Notes: generated by a model not told the origin, from the letters alone. DNA of 63,671 nucleotides, filler included, from Olpidium bornovanus S191 (GCA_017911155.1; 32 parts of 32 records of this genome joined end to end with filler, not necessarily neighbours in it); one strand, 5' to 3'; counted from the first letter of the whole stretch, positions 24,174 to 36,253 are shown. Numbers and translations: made by a program.

Positions 24174-24281
24174 GGNNNNNNNNNNNNNNNNNNNNNNNNN
24201 NNNNNNNNNNNNNNNNNNNTTAATTAATTAANNNNNNNNNNNNNNNNNNNNNNNNNNNNNNNNNNNNNNNNNNNNCATGAT

Positions 24282-25275
24282 TTATTTCGATTTGACAGAG
24301 AGGTCCGTGATCTGAAGACCTGCAAGATCCCGGCCCGGCCAAAGTTGCCGCATTGATGGGAAAGCAATGGTGGTGCTGGCAGTCAGCTTAACAGGTCCGA
24401 AGGTGTCATCAAACTTCGTTTGATACGAAAAGAACACAACCAAAACCGAAAAATTGGAACGGATATAAAACGCACCGGGCGGCGGGGGCAGCGACTGCTT
24501 GAGCTTCTCGGCCTTCTCGACGTCGTTAATGGTGAGAGTGTAAAGGAAGCGCGAGCAGCGGATCTTAAACTTGGTCTGGCTGCCCGTCTTCTTGATCTTC
24601 ACCGACTTGGCATCCTTCCGCCGGGCGATTTCAAGAAAATCCTTAATGTCCTCGATGCGTTTCGGCTGGCGCAAAGGATCAAATAATTAAGCCGACAAAA
24701 AGAGTAGAGAGGGATGGTCAGCAAAGCACCGACTGGCGGGGTTCGAGGATGTGCTTGCGGGTTGCCGCGTGCAAAATAAAAAAAGGGACATGCAGGACAG
24801 CCGATATCAACTGTCTCGGCGGGACACGGCGGGCCGCCCGACCGGACGAGCTGGGAAGGGGCGCAGAAAGTTCCCAGTGATGGCGTCGGCCGCAATGCAC
24901 TTGCGGGTCTGCAGTCTGCGGAGGCAGTTCCGGTGGTTGCGGGCTACATGTCCACCAGACCCGCGCTCTCAGACACGGCATGAAGGCGTGGGCCTCTCTC
25001 CACTAAAGACCCAGGTGTTCCATCCGCGACGCGCAGCAGAGAAGCGGCGGGTGATGCCCCCAGCCGAAAGACGAGACTGCGGCCCAACGCTCCTTGGAAT
25101 CGACCGCGCCGGGCTGCGCGCACTTTTCTCTTCAGCGGCAAAAGGAAGAGGACGTCGCATTCATGCAGCCTGAGAGGGAGGCCGCCTGTCCACAACCAGC
25201 CGCATAGGCAATTCGAGACAGGAGGGGACGGGGCGGGCGGCCGTTGGTGGTGAGACAACCGGTTGCACCAACCAT
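24282..25275 (-). CDS. RPL38: 60S ribosomal protein L38 (eL38), 3 coding exons
   Basis: M|[26 protein letters not shown]...[13 protein letters not shown]...[11 protein letters not shown]|[11 protein letters not shown]; the ATG-only first exon at 25273-25275 followed by GTTGGT is inferred. Confidence 0.96.
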
Positions 25276-25792
25276 TTCTCTTCTTGATGTCAGCCCCTTC
25301 CGTTCGTTCAGGTGGTTGGGAATTTCGGCCGCGCACGAGTTTTCAGCCGAAAGGATGCTTGATTGCGGCTTGGGGCGGGTGTTTTTTATTTTTTTATTTT
25401 TTTTTATTTTTTTTTTTTTTTTTTACTTTCTTTGTATGATGAATGCGCCGCATTAATTGGGTGAATGCACGGCACATTCCACGTGGTTTTTACCGTGGCC
25501 GAAAAAAAAGTTTTCGGTCCCCGAAAAAAACGAGCCGCAAAAAAAAACCAATTTTGAGAACATCGTGTACGAAATTGACGTCAAAGAATTGTCGAATCGG
25601 CCGGTGCAAGATGGAAAGAGCGGTCTTGCACGCGGTCGCCGGAGCCATGGCTGGGGAGCAGGCGGTCATCGCGGNNNNNNNNNNNNNNNNNNNNNNNNNN
25701 NNNNNNNNNNNNNNNNNNTTAATTAATTAANNNNNNNNNNNNNNNNNNNNNNNNNNNNNNNNNNNNNNNNNNNNGGGCGCGGCGGGGGGGGT

Positions 25793-25827
<35 letters not shown>

Positions 25828-26235
25828 GGGGGGGCGCGAGAGAGAAAAAGAGAGAGAGAGAGGAAAAGAGAGAGAGAGAGCGAGAGAGACGAAAAGCGCG
25901 CCAGCTCGAAAAAAACGCGCCCTATTTTTGTGTTCTTCCCCCCTCTCCTTTCCGCGCCCTGGACCGACACGTTCTTTCCCCGGCGACCGCCTCGCATGCG
26001 CATACGCGGCGACACGCGCGCCCCCGAGGGCGAGGCGCGCCGTTTTTTTGGTTTTTTTTTTTTTTTTTTTCGCAGTCCGAGCTCGCTCGGAAAAAGAAAA
26101 GCGCGTCCGGCCGCCGGATCTCGCTTCCCCCCTGCCGTAAAAAAAAAAAAAAATTACGAATTTTTTTTTCCCCTCTCGTCTCTCTTCCTCGCCGCCCCCT
26201 TTCCGCCACAAAAAACAAAAAACAAAAAATTCCAG

Positions 26236-26576
26236 GCGCCGGCGTCGACCCTCTTGGCCAGAGCTACTGCGGGACGGGCTGCCAGAGCGGGCCGTGCCTG
26301 ACCCCCTCCAGCCCCGCGGGTGCCAACGCCACGGCCAAAGCCACGGCCAACGCCACCGCGGCGCCGGCGACCAGACCGGCGACGACCCCGCCGGCGACGA
26401 CCTCGACGGCGTCCGCCGCGGCCGCCCCGCCGTCCGGCTCCTCCGCCAACGCCGATTCGAGCGCCGGGAGGGGAGCCTCGGTCACCGCCCCCGGTTCAGC
26501 CCCGGGTCGCCCCGGCGCCGCCGCGCCCGCCCTCCTCGTTACCGTCGGCGCGTTCGCGGTCCTCGCCAGAGTCTGA
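26236..26576 (+). CDS. Terminal exon of a cell-surface protein: partial hevein/CBM18 chitin-binding motif, Ala/Thr/Ser linker, GPI-like signal
   Basis: YCGTGCQSGPC; NAT sequons; hydrophobic end ALLVTVGAFAVLARV. Confidence 0.7.
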
Positions 26577-27276
26577 CGACACCGCGTTTTCGCCACACAC
26601 TTCCCGGCGGCCACCGGCCTTTCGGCCCCAACACTTTCGTCCCACCGTCCCGCGCGCGCTTCGAACGTGGGTCCCGGGTGACTCTGCTCTCGACCGCCAT
26701 TTTTCGCGTTTCGCCTGGAAGGGTTTTCATCCCACCACCCCCCCCCCCCTTCGCCCCTTACCGGACGCCATTTTTTTCCATTCTGTTTTTCATTCGCTCC
26801 CCTTGTCTAATAATATTTTTCTCGTCCGCCTCCGCACCTCTAAATCCCTTCTTCGTTTTTACTCATTCTGGCGTCCCGACCCCGGGTTCCCGGCGCCCTC
26901 CTTTCCCTGCGCCGGGTTCCCCCCCCCCCTCCGATATTATTTTTTTTTTCACCCAGACATGCATGCAGCATATGTGTGCGCTTGTAACTTGTGCCGTATC
27001 AGCGTTGCCGGCGAAAAACAAAAACCCTCCCTTTCCGTTCCCTCTCATCCGTCCTCCGCGCGTGCGCGTTGCGGGCGGGGCCGTGTCTGCGGTAGCGCGG
27101 ACGAAAAGGGGGGCGGGCGGGGGAGAGGGAAGCGGGAGGGGCGCCCTTCGCGGAATTCGCAGACTGGAATCACCTGATTTCAGGTCCCGTTCTGTTGCAA
27201 AAACTCCGCAGTTGATGATTCAGGGGGAGAATTATTTTTTTTTTTTTTTTTTTTTTTTTTCCCCCCCCGGGGGGTT

Positions 27277-27346
<70 letters not shown>

Positions 27347-27565
27347 ANNNNNNNNNNNNNNNNNNNNNNNNNNNNNNNNNNNNNNNNNNNNTTAATTAAT
27401 TAANNNNNNNNNNNNNNNNNNNNNNNNNNNNNNNNNNNNNNNNNNNNGGAATGCCAACCCCGCCGCCTGGAGAGTTTACGTCCATCGCGCCAAATCATCG
27501 ATCTTGTCAGATCGCCGCTTTCCCAACCTCTCTCGACTGCCGCAGTCCGCCAACGACCGAAAACC

Positions 27566-30147
27566 ATGTTGCGCCCGGCGGTCGCCGCCCTTGTCTCGCT
27601 AATGATCACCGCCGTGGCGCCGCGGCTGACCGGCGCCGGGACGGTGACGTTCCGGGTCGTGTCGCCGGACGGCGTGCCGTCGGTGTCGGTGTCCGGCGGG
27701 CCCGCGCGGCAGATGGTACAGTTCGTGACCAACATCACCGAGTCGCCGTACTACACCCTCGAGGTGCCGGACGCCCCGGCGCCGCCGTTCACTTACAGGT
27801 ACTCCGCGGGCTCCGCGGCGGAGCCGTTCGCGAGGACGTTCGCGGCCGACGGCCGCGCCTCCACGTACAACGACTTCTTCAACCGGAACGGCACCCTGTC
27901 CAAGCTGCCCAATCTGCCGCTGGTCTTCGGCAGCGCCTGGTCCCGCGGTTGGGGCCGCACGCCGACCTTCGACGACCAATATATTCCTACCATCTACTTC
28001 TCGGGCGACCAGGCGGCCGTCAATACCATGCTGACCTCCGAGAGCGTCATTCCTGCGAACCTGACGATGATGGCGATCATGAAGGACGAGGCATTTGTGT
28101 ACCCGGTGGGCCGAAAAAAATTCTGACGGCGCCGAATTTTCTCACCGCCGCGAGCCCCGGCTTCCCCTCTCCGCCCCCCTACTTCCTCCTACCCCGCTCC
28201 CCTCCTTCCCGGCCGCACCCCGGTCCCTTTTCAGCAGCCATTAACCCGAAGCGATTTGGGTTCCTAGTTGACCGAGTGGAGGCCGACCGGGCTCAACAAG
28301 AAGGTCAGGTTCGCCAAGCGTAGTTTCAGAGTGAAACTGCCGCAGAGAGTAAACTTGTACGGCCGAGACGAGTGGAACCTAAAGTGGGTGGTCCCCCGAT
28401 ACAGCGGGAGCGCGGGGTGTTCTTCGTTCGCGCTCGATTTACGCGACAAATTGCGAACCCCGGACCGGCTCGCACGTCCAGGGCGATGTCGCTTGATCCC
28501 ACGGCTTTGGTGGACAGCACTTTCACTGTATGTCAGCTATACGTCGCTGGTTTCCGACGTCGCGCGTGCGCGGACGACGCCCGGTGAAACGCTTACGAGA
28601 AATTTGTCCGTATCTGCTGCTCAAGAGTATTGCGGAGGCGGCCGGCCTCCCCGCGCCGAGGTCAAATTACGTCCGGGTATACGCCAACAAGGTATGCCTT
28701 GCCCCCTTGCCCCACCCAGACACACACCCCCTGCAATCAGGGAAATCTTCGTGGTCGCGGGCTGTCCCCGCTCTAAATTTTCCCCCGCAACCGCGAGGTT
28801 TTGTTCAACTCACCGGCTGCATCCCCGAACTTCCGCAGGCTCCCATCGGCTTCTACTTGATGACGGACTCCGCGACGTCGAACTCGTTCCTGAGGGCCGA
28901 ATTCCACGGTGAACCCTCTTACAAGCAGTACACGTTGTACGGGTCGCTGGTGAAGGCGGAGAACCCGTTCCTGTTCATGTACAACGGGCCGGACCGCGCG
29001 GATTACCCCGAGGTCTCGGTCCACTATCTCGGCAGAAACCCGATCGCACCCCCCCTGCAAACCCTGATCGAGAGGTGGATCGAGCCTCTGGCGATGACTA
29101 TCCCCGGGAGCGACGCCAGCGTGGACGAAAACCTTAAGCCGAACGTCGATCTGGACACCCTGATCAAATCCGCCGCGGTTGAATGGCTTTCGGGTTACTG
29201 GTAGGGGGTTCGAGATCTTCCGCCCACGTGGCTTGATATCGTGCGCCCGCGTTTCTGAACCACGGCGCCGGCGGTTGAATAAGGAGAGGAGCATGGGGAG
29301 ACGCCACGAAGTTTGTGGTCTACGAGGATCCGATAACGGTATACATTTCGCACAAGTATTTTCATGATCGTTATTGTTTTTTTATTAATCCGAGCTCAGC
29401 GAAACTAACCCGGATCCCCACCTTCCCTCCCCTTCCGCCCCCCTCTTCGTTCCGCCTTCTCCTCCTCCTCACTATCGTTAGGGCAAGTGGTTCTACATCT
29501 CCAGTAATGCGGAGGAGTCGTTCGGAGTCGGCCTCACGACGTACCACACTACCCGGGACGTCATCAGCAGCTCGTTCCGGCGGTACCAGTACAAGAAGCC
29601 GCGGCCGGTCATCCAAAAGCTCATGGAAGCCCCCAAGTACGCGGCGCACATGGGGTACGTGCTCTCTGAGCTCACCAAGAGCCTGTTCAATTCGAACACC
29701 CTGGCTGCGCGGGTCCAGGCCCAGGCCGCCCGGATACGTCCCGAGGTGGCGTGGGACCGTAGCCTGGCAAGGCCGTCGCCCGGCATCGCAGACCTCTACA
29801 CGATCGTCGACTTCGACCGGGGCCTGACCGCCACGGCGGAGAGGCCCTCGAGGGTCGTGGCCGTCGGCTCGTCCGAGAACGCGACCATCCCCGGCGTGGG
29901 CTGGGGCGTCCTCACCTGGGTCTCCCAGAAGTCGTCCGCCGTTTCCGCGGAGCTGGGCGTGCAGCCGTCCGCCGCGGGCGCCGGCGGCCCGGACCCCGTC
30001 ACGACCGCGCCGAGCGTCGAGCAGCTGAAAGGGCACCAGTCGCTGCTGTCCGGGGCGCCGCCGCGCGCGACGACGGCGGGCCGCCTGCTGGCCGCCGCGT
30101 GCGCCGTTGGCGGCGCAGTAGCCGCCGTGTCGGTGGGGCTCTGGTAG
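27566..30147 (+). CDS. cotH: CotH-family secreted/GPI-anchored protein, apparently complete
   Basis: Signal peptide; VTFRVV N-terminal domain; TYNDFFNR, PTFDDQYIPTIYF, KRSFRVKL, YGRDEWNLK, SNYVRVYANK-APIGFYLM, AAVEWLSGYW; low-complexity linker and hydrophobic C-terminus. Confidence 0.92.
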
Positions 30148-31241
30148 AGGAAAAAAAAAAAAAAAAGTTGTCCCGTCTGCTAAGCGCCAGGGTTTGCAGT
30201 CCGAAGCCGTGAAAAATGGCGCGCCCGTTTCCCGGCCGGTTGGGCCTTTGCCGGGAGAAAACCCCCGGGGGCCCTTTGGGCCGCGGACTGTTTCAGAACG
30301 GTCTCCGTGAAGGTTTTTCTTCCCTTTTTTTTTTTTTCTTTTTCTTTCGTCTTCCCTTGCGCGGAAACTCTTCGTCGTGCGGATTCCCCATTGCCGACGG
30401 ACGACTCGGGCGCGGTTCAGGCAACGGGCGCAGATCTGATCTCACGTCAGAGCCTACGCTTGACCATGCCCGAGCGACTCTTCATCGAGCTGACCGTGGA
30501 GTAATGCCAAAGGCGCGGGTTCGGGATCTGCTTTGCTATGACTAAGATGTTCCAGCAACTTTGTCATATAACGTTCCCGGTAGANNNNNNNNNNNNNNNN
30601 NNNNNNNNNNNNNNNNNNNNNNNNNNNNTTAATTAATTAANNNNNNNNNNNNNNNNNNNNNNNNNNNNNNNNNNNNNNNNNNNNCATGGATTGACCTTCT
30701 CTCCCACCTTCGCTGCGAATGCGCTCTCTCATCACCTCTTCTAAGGAAGTCAAGACTTAGACCCTTGTACAGTGAAGTTCCCCCCAGCACCAAGAGACTT
30801 TCAACTTCGTCTACAACGTCAAACCCAGCGGCATCCCCGGCGGTACAGGCAAAAAAAGTCCTGGTGTTGATGTGCTGAGAAAAGAAACGGAAGGGACCTT
30901 GCAGCAAGCGTAAGATGATTCTGGTAAGGACCGCCCGCATTAGCCCAAGAGCGTAGACAGAAACCGTGACGAAAGCGCTATCTCGGCGTTTCGTTCGTCA
31001 TCGCATACTTTGCACCAGCACTGTGCGGGCGGCTCACGGAGTGTGTGATCAACAGGGCGGAATTATGAATCGTCATTTGTGTAGTGGTTTTTTATTTATT
31101 CTTTTTTTTTTTTTTGGCCGTCGCCCGCGTACCCCCCCCACCACCCCACCACCACCCGCCCGACCGGCCCACAGAAAGAACCGAAAGAAACACGAAAAGA
31201 AAAACAACGCGAACGGAACCCCCCGGCAGAATCACGCCGCC

Positions 31242-32304
31242 ATGCTCGCCACCGCTGCCGTCAACAACGAGAGCGCCGCGCAGGCCGTCGCTGACACCGA
31301 CCGGTCGCCGGAGAGCATCCACATCAAGACGCGCGACGGTTCCTCCTTCACCGTGCCTCTTTCGCTCCTGAGGGACTCGGAAACAATCCAGGCCTGGTTG
31401 GCGGAGCAGACGGAGAAGAGCGACAAGCGCGACGACGCCAAGCCGAAGGGCACCCCTGCCGCTGCTGACGTCGACACCGTCCCCGTCTTTGAGGTTCCCC
31501 ACGTCACCCCGTACATCCTCAAGAAGGGTGAGCCGCTTTCCTGCAGCTCTGTCGGTTATTTTTTTCCCTCGAAAGCACACGCGTTTCGGGTCGTTTTTCC
31601 CCGCTCGCGGTGCAATACGTGGAGGGACTCGGAAGGAAAATCGCGTTTTTTTTATGTTGCGGAGTAGGAGGCCTGCGCGGAGTATGCAGGGCCTGAGGCG
31701 CTGAAGGACGCGTCGCGTCGGTGGGCTTTATTGGATGCGTTCTGTTTTTGTTGTTTCTCCGTTCGTGTCAACGCCCGAAACCGCGCAGTCTGCTTGCTGA
31801 CTTGCCCGTCACACTTGTGCACAAAATCTCTGTTTTTTTATTGTCGTCAGCTTTACAGTTTCAGCTGGACTACGCTGACGCTGGGGAATATGAGGAGAAG
31901 AACTTCAAGTATGAGGACGTCAAGGACGAGTACAAGGAGCTTTCAAACGAAGATCTCCTTCAGCTCACCATGGTACGTTCCGGCGAGCCAGACGCGGCCT
32001 CCGAAATGTTGTTTTTTTTTGTTGTCGGAAGGACGTTCTCTGTTCTGTCAACGCCGTTTCTTACGTGAATCTTGTCGCCCCTCCTTAGGCCGCCGATATC
32101 CTTCAGATGGCCCGTTTGACCCGCGCGTGCGCCGAGGTCATGGCGAAACGCATGGAGGGCAAATCCCCCGAAGAGATGAAAGCGATGTTTGACATTGACG
32201 GGCTTCAGGAAATAGATGACGAGAAGGCCGGCGAGGATGAGCTCGAGGATGCCAAGATGCAGATCGCGGAGGAGGCAGAGACGGACAACGCCACTGCGGC
32301 TTGA
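31242..32304 (+). CDS. Divergent SKP1-like protein (3 exons)
   Basis: SIHIKTRDGSSFTV...SETIQAWL; VPHVTPYILKK|ALQF; DLLQLTM|AADILQMARLTRACAEVMAKRMEGKSPEEMKAMFDI resembles [42 protein letters not shown]. Confidence 0.85.
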
Positions 32305-33172
32305 GAACGCTTTCCCTGGGGACCTCTGGAGGGTTTCATCGCCGTCCATTTTTACCACATCACCTCCCCCCATTCACTTTCATTCTCACGGATGCGCTCA
32401 CCTGCCACATCCCCGAACCAAGCTCATTCCACTATAGTTGCCGTGTTATCGCAACCCTTGCGCCTACGCGTAGCCAATTCGTGTTTTTCTATGAGCTAAA
32501 GGTCCTGCGGCGCTCTAGAGTTTTAGAAGACGGGGCTGGGCTCGGATGCAGGATGTGCGGAACTGATACGATGTAACCCGCTTCCGCCCGCCGATGCCAC
32601 TTGCGCCGGCCGCTGGTGTGCTGCCGCTCCCCGATTTCCACGGCGATCCACCGGTCTCGCCGTTACTGCCAATCATTGCTACCTTTCCACAGAGCCACGG
32701 TAGATCCCATGCACTAAACGATCTAACGGCAGAGACCGGCAGTGCCCGCGAAATGCACGTTCCTCTTCCGGTTTTATTTTGCTGAACCCCGCCAGGTCCC
32801 GAACGCGCTTTACCTGATATCGCAATTCGCGACCGCCCGGGATGATGTACTTTCTGTTGGGTTAGGGTTAGGCGGATCTTTAAAACTATGTGAAAGAAAG
32901 AAAGACTTGCTGCTGGATGGCGAAAGAAGTGGGCTCTGCGCGAAAGCTAGAAAAAAAAAAAAAAAAAAAAAAAGAAACCGGAGCGCGTCACAAGCATCAC
33001 AGTCCGACAGAAAGTATCTGTGAGGCGCGGCAATGCCGTTTCCGCTCAAATGCGCCCTCAGAAAAACGCGGGGTCACGGTATCAGGGATGCCCCGTGCCG
33101 GCAACTCCGGACCAACCACCGTTGAATAAAATCAAGAGGGCATATCGAAGAACAGCAACGGGCGCCGGTGTA

Positions 33173-34063
33173 TCATCTTTTTGCGTTCACGTCGCCTGCA
33201 TTCGTCGACGTCCGCGGAGACGGGGCAGACGCCGTCGCGGGACGGACGAAGCTATGCAGATTCCTTTCGCGCATGGAGACCTCCAGCATCTCCTGCACCG
33301 CCCGATGGCTGAGGGTTTCTTTCAGCCTGCGGCCGTCAGGCCGGCGGTCGCCATCCCTCGACGACGGCGTCGCCGAGCCGGATAGCTCTGAGGCCGGTTC
33401 GGCCACGGGCATAGGGACGTTGAAACGTTTGCACAACAGTCGGGAGGGCACGAACGAGCTGGTTTTCCTGGTAACAGGCCCGAACATCTTCATCGACACC
33501 GCCTTCTTCAACATGGCCGTCTTCGTTATTCGGGCACGAGTGTGAAAGAACACGGCCCACAGGTCAGCAAGCGCTAACTCATTGCACAGCGTGGCATACA
33601 ACAGGTTGCGCAAGGAGTGGCACCCTACCTCGTCATCAACCGCTTCCGCCCTTGCGGCCGCTTCCTCCGCTTCTCTGGCTTTCTGTTCTACCCGCTCCTG
33701 TGCCATGCGATCGACCGCGTTTGCGACGGCGCCGTGGCCATCCGGGCGCGCAGCGGCACCAGCACGAAGGCCGCCTTCCGGCTGCGCAAACTCCTTCTGG
33801 ACGGCCGTGGAGCCCGCAGAGGTGAAGCGGGAAGCCATTATGGAAGACATGGGCCGGAAACAGACGGCGCATGCCGCAAACTCGGCCCATTCTTGCCTCG
33901 TCTCTTCGGACACGTCCGCGTCGCTGCCGGGGTAATCTGAGCCCATGATAAGCTCTTCCTCCGACTTTCTACGCGTCTCGTCCACCACCAGCCCGGCCTT
34001 GACCTCCAAGAAACGTCGGTACCGTTGTTGCTTCTCAGGAGGCACAGGTGGGTACGATTTGAG
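33173..34063 (-). CDS. GPATCH1: G-patch domain-containing protein 1, internal part
   Basis: PEKQQRYRRFL...EWAEFAACAVCFRPMSSIMASRFTSA; AVSMKMFGPVTRKTSSFVPSRLLCKRFNVPMP resembles KMFGKLTRDTFEWHPDKLLCKRFNVPDP. Confidence 0.88.
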   Translation of the reverse strand, partial: LKSYPPVPPEKQQRYRRFLEVKAGLVVDETRRKSEEELIMGSDYPGSDADVSEETRQEWAEFAACAVCFRPMSSIMASRFTSAGSTAVQKEFAQPEGGLRAGAAARPDGHGAVANAVDRMAQERVEQKAREAEEAAARAEAVDDEVGCHSLRNLLYATLCNELALADLWAVFFHTRARITKTAMLKKAVSMKMFGPVTRKTSSFVPSRLLCKRFNVPMPVAEPASELSGSATPSSRDGDRRPDGRRLKETLSHRAVQEMLEVSMRERNLHSFVRPATASAPSPRTSTNAGDVNAKR

Positions 34064-34163
34064 NNNNNNNNNNNNNNNNNNNNNNNNNNNNNNNNNNNNN
34101 NNNNNNNTTAATTAATTAANNNNNNNNNNNNNNNNNNNNNNNNNNNNNNNNNNNNNNNNNNNN

Positions 34164-35935
34164 CATGGGGCTACAAGAACCTGGTCGCGGCCTTCAGTTC
34201 TGTCCTGCAGCACGTGCCGCCGAACTCCAAGTTCACGAGCTCGGTCGTGCACTTTTCGTCACTGCCTCTTGGTGAGATAGCCTAGGCACCGAGAGGCCTC
34301 TTTTCGTTTTCCTCGAGTTTCTTTGTTTATCTGTTCGTCTGCTCGTTCTCCCGCCTGTAAAAAAAAATTCGCGTGTTCGTGTTGTCCGTGCGCGTTTTCG
34401 TCATTGTGCCGCAATATCTGGGCTAAATCCATCTCCCGCGCCGTCGGGTATTTCCGACTTCCTGCCCTCCGCCGTGTTTTTTTCCGTTCATCCAGCGCAC
34501 ATCTTCGAGCGTACCATCAGTTACGCCGTCACGTACCTTGGCGGCTCAGTCGGCTTCTCCGATGGTGACCCGCACCACATCTTCGATGACGCCGAGGTGC
34601 TCAGGCCTACCGTATACGTAGGGTGTGGTTACATTTCAAATGGCGGGCGCCCAGTTGAGAGACTGGTGCTGGCCTTTTGCGGACTCCAAATCGTCACAAT
34701 CATTTTCCTTAAACGACAAACCCTCCTGCCGTTTCCCTTCTCCCTGCAGCGGGCCGGGTGACCTGAAACGCTTCCGTCAGGGAGTGATTGATTCGGTGTC
34801 GGTCAAGGGCTGGTTCGGCAAGAAAGCGTTTTGGCGGGCGTACCGCTCAAAGGGGGAAGCGCTAAGGAGAGGGCGGCTGGCTAAGGACGGCTGTTGGGGA
34901 CGTATCGCCTTTTCCCCGTTCCGCAGGAACTTAGGCGGGAGAATGGAGGTTGTATTTAGCCCAGGTGAGATCAGCGCGTTTTTAATCCCCGAAATTTGGT
35001 TCTCCGTTTTTCTCCGGCGGTTTGGGTGGGGTCCGGCGGTTCGGGTGGGGGGCTGCGGACTTGCTGACCGCGGTGAGGCTTCGTTAGTGCCGATTGATGC
35101 CACGCATCAGGAATTTTGCCGGATTGTGCTAGGATGCCAAGTCCTCCAAGGTTTCGACTTGCGCATACTGGCCCGCGGTTAAGAGCGTTCGCAGCGTCTG
35201 CATATCTGGCGGGTTGCTCACGCCGCTTGAAATGCTTTGTGTCAAACCACGCCAAAAAAAAAAACTAACAAACAAGGCTACGGCCAAGCGGAGAGCACCG
35301 GCGTGGCCACGCTCGCGTCATACTACGACTACGGGAGCTACGGCGGGTCGCACGTCGGCCCGCCGCTCCCGTGCAACGAGATCAAGCTTCGGGACGTCGC
35401 AGAGATGAGCCACTGCGCACGCGACGAACCCAACCCGCGCGGCGAGGTGTGCATCCGAGGCCACAGCGTTTTCGGAGGGTATTTCGGCGACACGGCAAGG
35501 ACCGCGGACGTCCTGAGCTCCGACGGTTGGCTAGCTACGGGGGATGTGGGAGAGTGGCTGCCCAACGGGACGTTGAAGGTCAGCGGGATTGCGCCCCCAA
35601 CTTTTGTTTTTCCTAATTCCACCAACGACCCCTTTTTCGCTGTGGTTTGAGATTTGGCGGGGCGGTGGGCGGAATTCTGAATGCGCTTTGCCTCGCCTCC
35701 TCCTCCCCCCCCTTTCCCGCCTCGCCTCGCCTCCGTTTTTTTCCGGCAGATTATAGGCCGAAAGCACTCGATGTTCAAGCCTTCACGGGGCGAGTTCGTG
35801 GGGCCTGAAAAGGTCGAGCGGTCCCTTACGTCCAGCCGCTTGATCAACCAGGCGTTTGTGTACGGCGAGCCAGACCGGCCGGGCCTCGTCGCCGTGATCG
35901 TGCCGGACGAGGAGGGATTAGCGGCGGTGACGGCT
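34164..35935 (+). CDS. Long-chain fatty acyl-CoA synthetase (ACSL/FAA), internal part
   Basis: SLPL|AHIFER; GYGQAE; HVGPPLPCNEIKLRDV; PRGEVCIRG; DGWLATGDVGEW; IIGRK...GEFVGPEKVE. Confidence 0.92.
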
Positions 35936-36081
35936 GTGAGTGTATTCCCGGCGGTCATTTTTGCGGTCCTCCTCCTCTCCCTTCTGCGGCCGTTGCGCGA
36001 CACCCGGAGAAAGACGCACGACGTTCGTTCACCACGCTTTTTCAACGGAATCTCGAAGAACTGACCACATCTGCTTCCCTT

Positions 36082-36115
<34 letters not shown>

Positions 36116-36253
36116 CCCCCGCGCCCCCCCCCCCCCCCCGCCCCCCCCGCCCGNNNNNNNNNNNNNNNNNNNNNNNNNNNNNNNNNNNNNNNNNNNNTTA
36201 ATTAATTAANNNNNNNNNNNNNNNNNNNNNNNNNNNNNNNNNNNNNNNNNNNN

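Noticed and set aside
25775-32304. CBM18-GPI, CotH and SKP1-like genes as an effector or invasion cluster
   Set aside because: Three separate contigs; no physical linkage is demonstrable.
33490-33580. Extra segment VGCHSLRNLL...FFHTRAR as a GPATCH1 protein insertion
   Set aside because: It is bounded by a GTAGGG donor, a CTGAC branch site and an AG acceptor, so it is most likely a stop-free in-frame intron.
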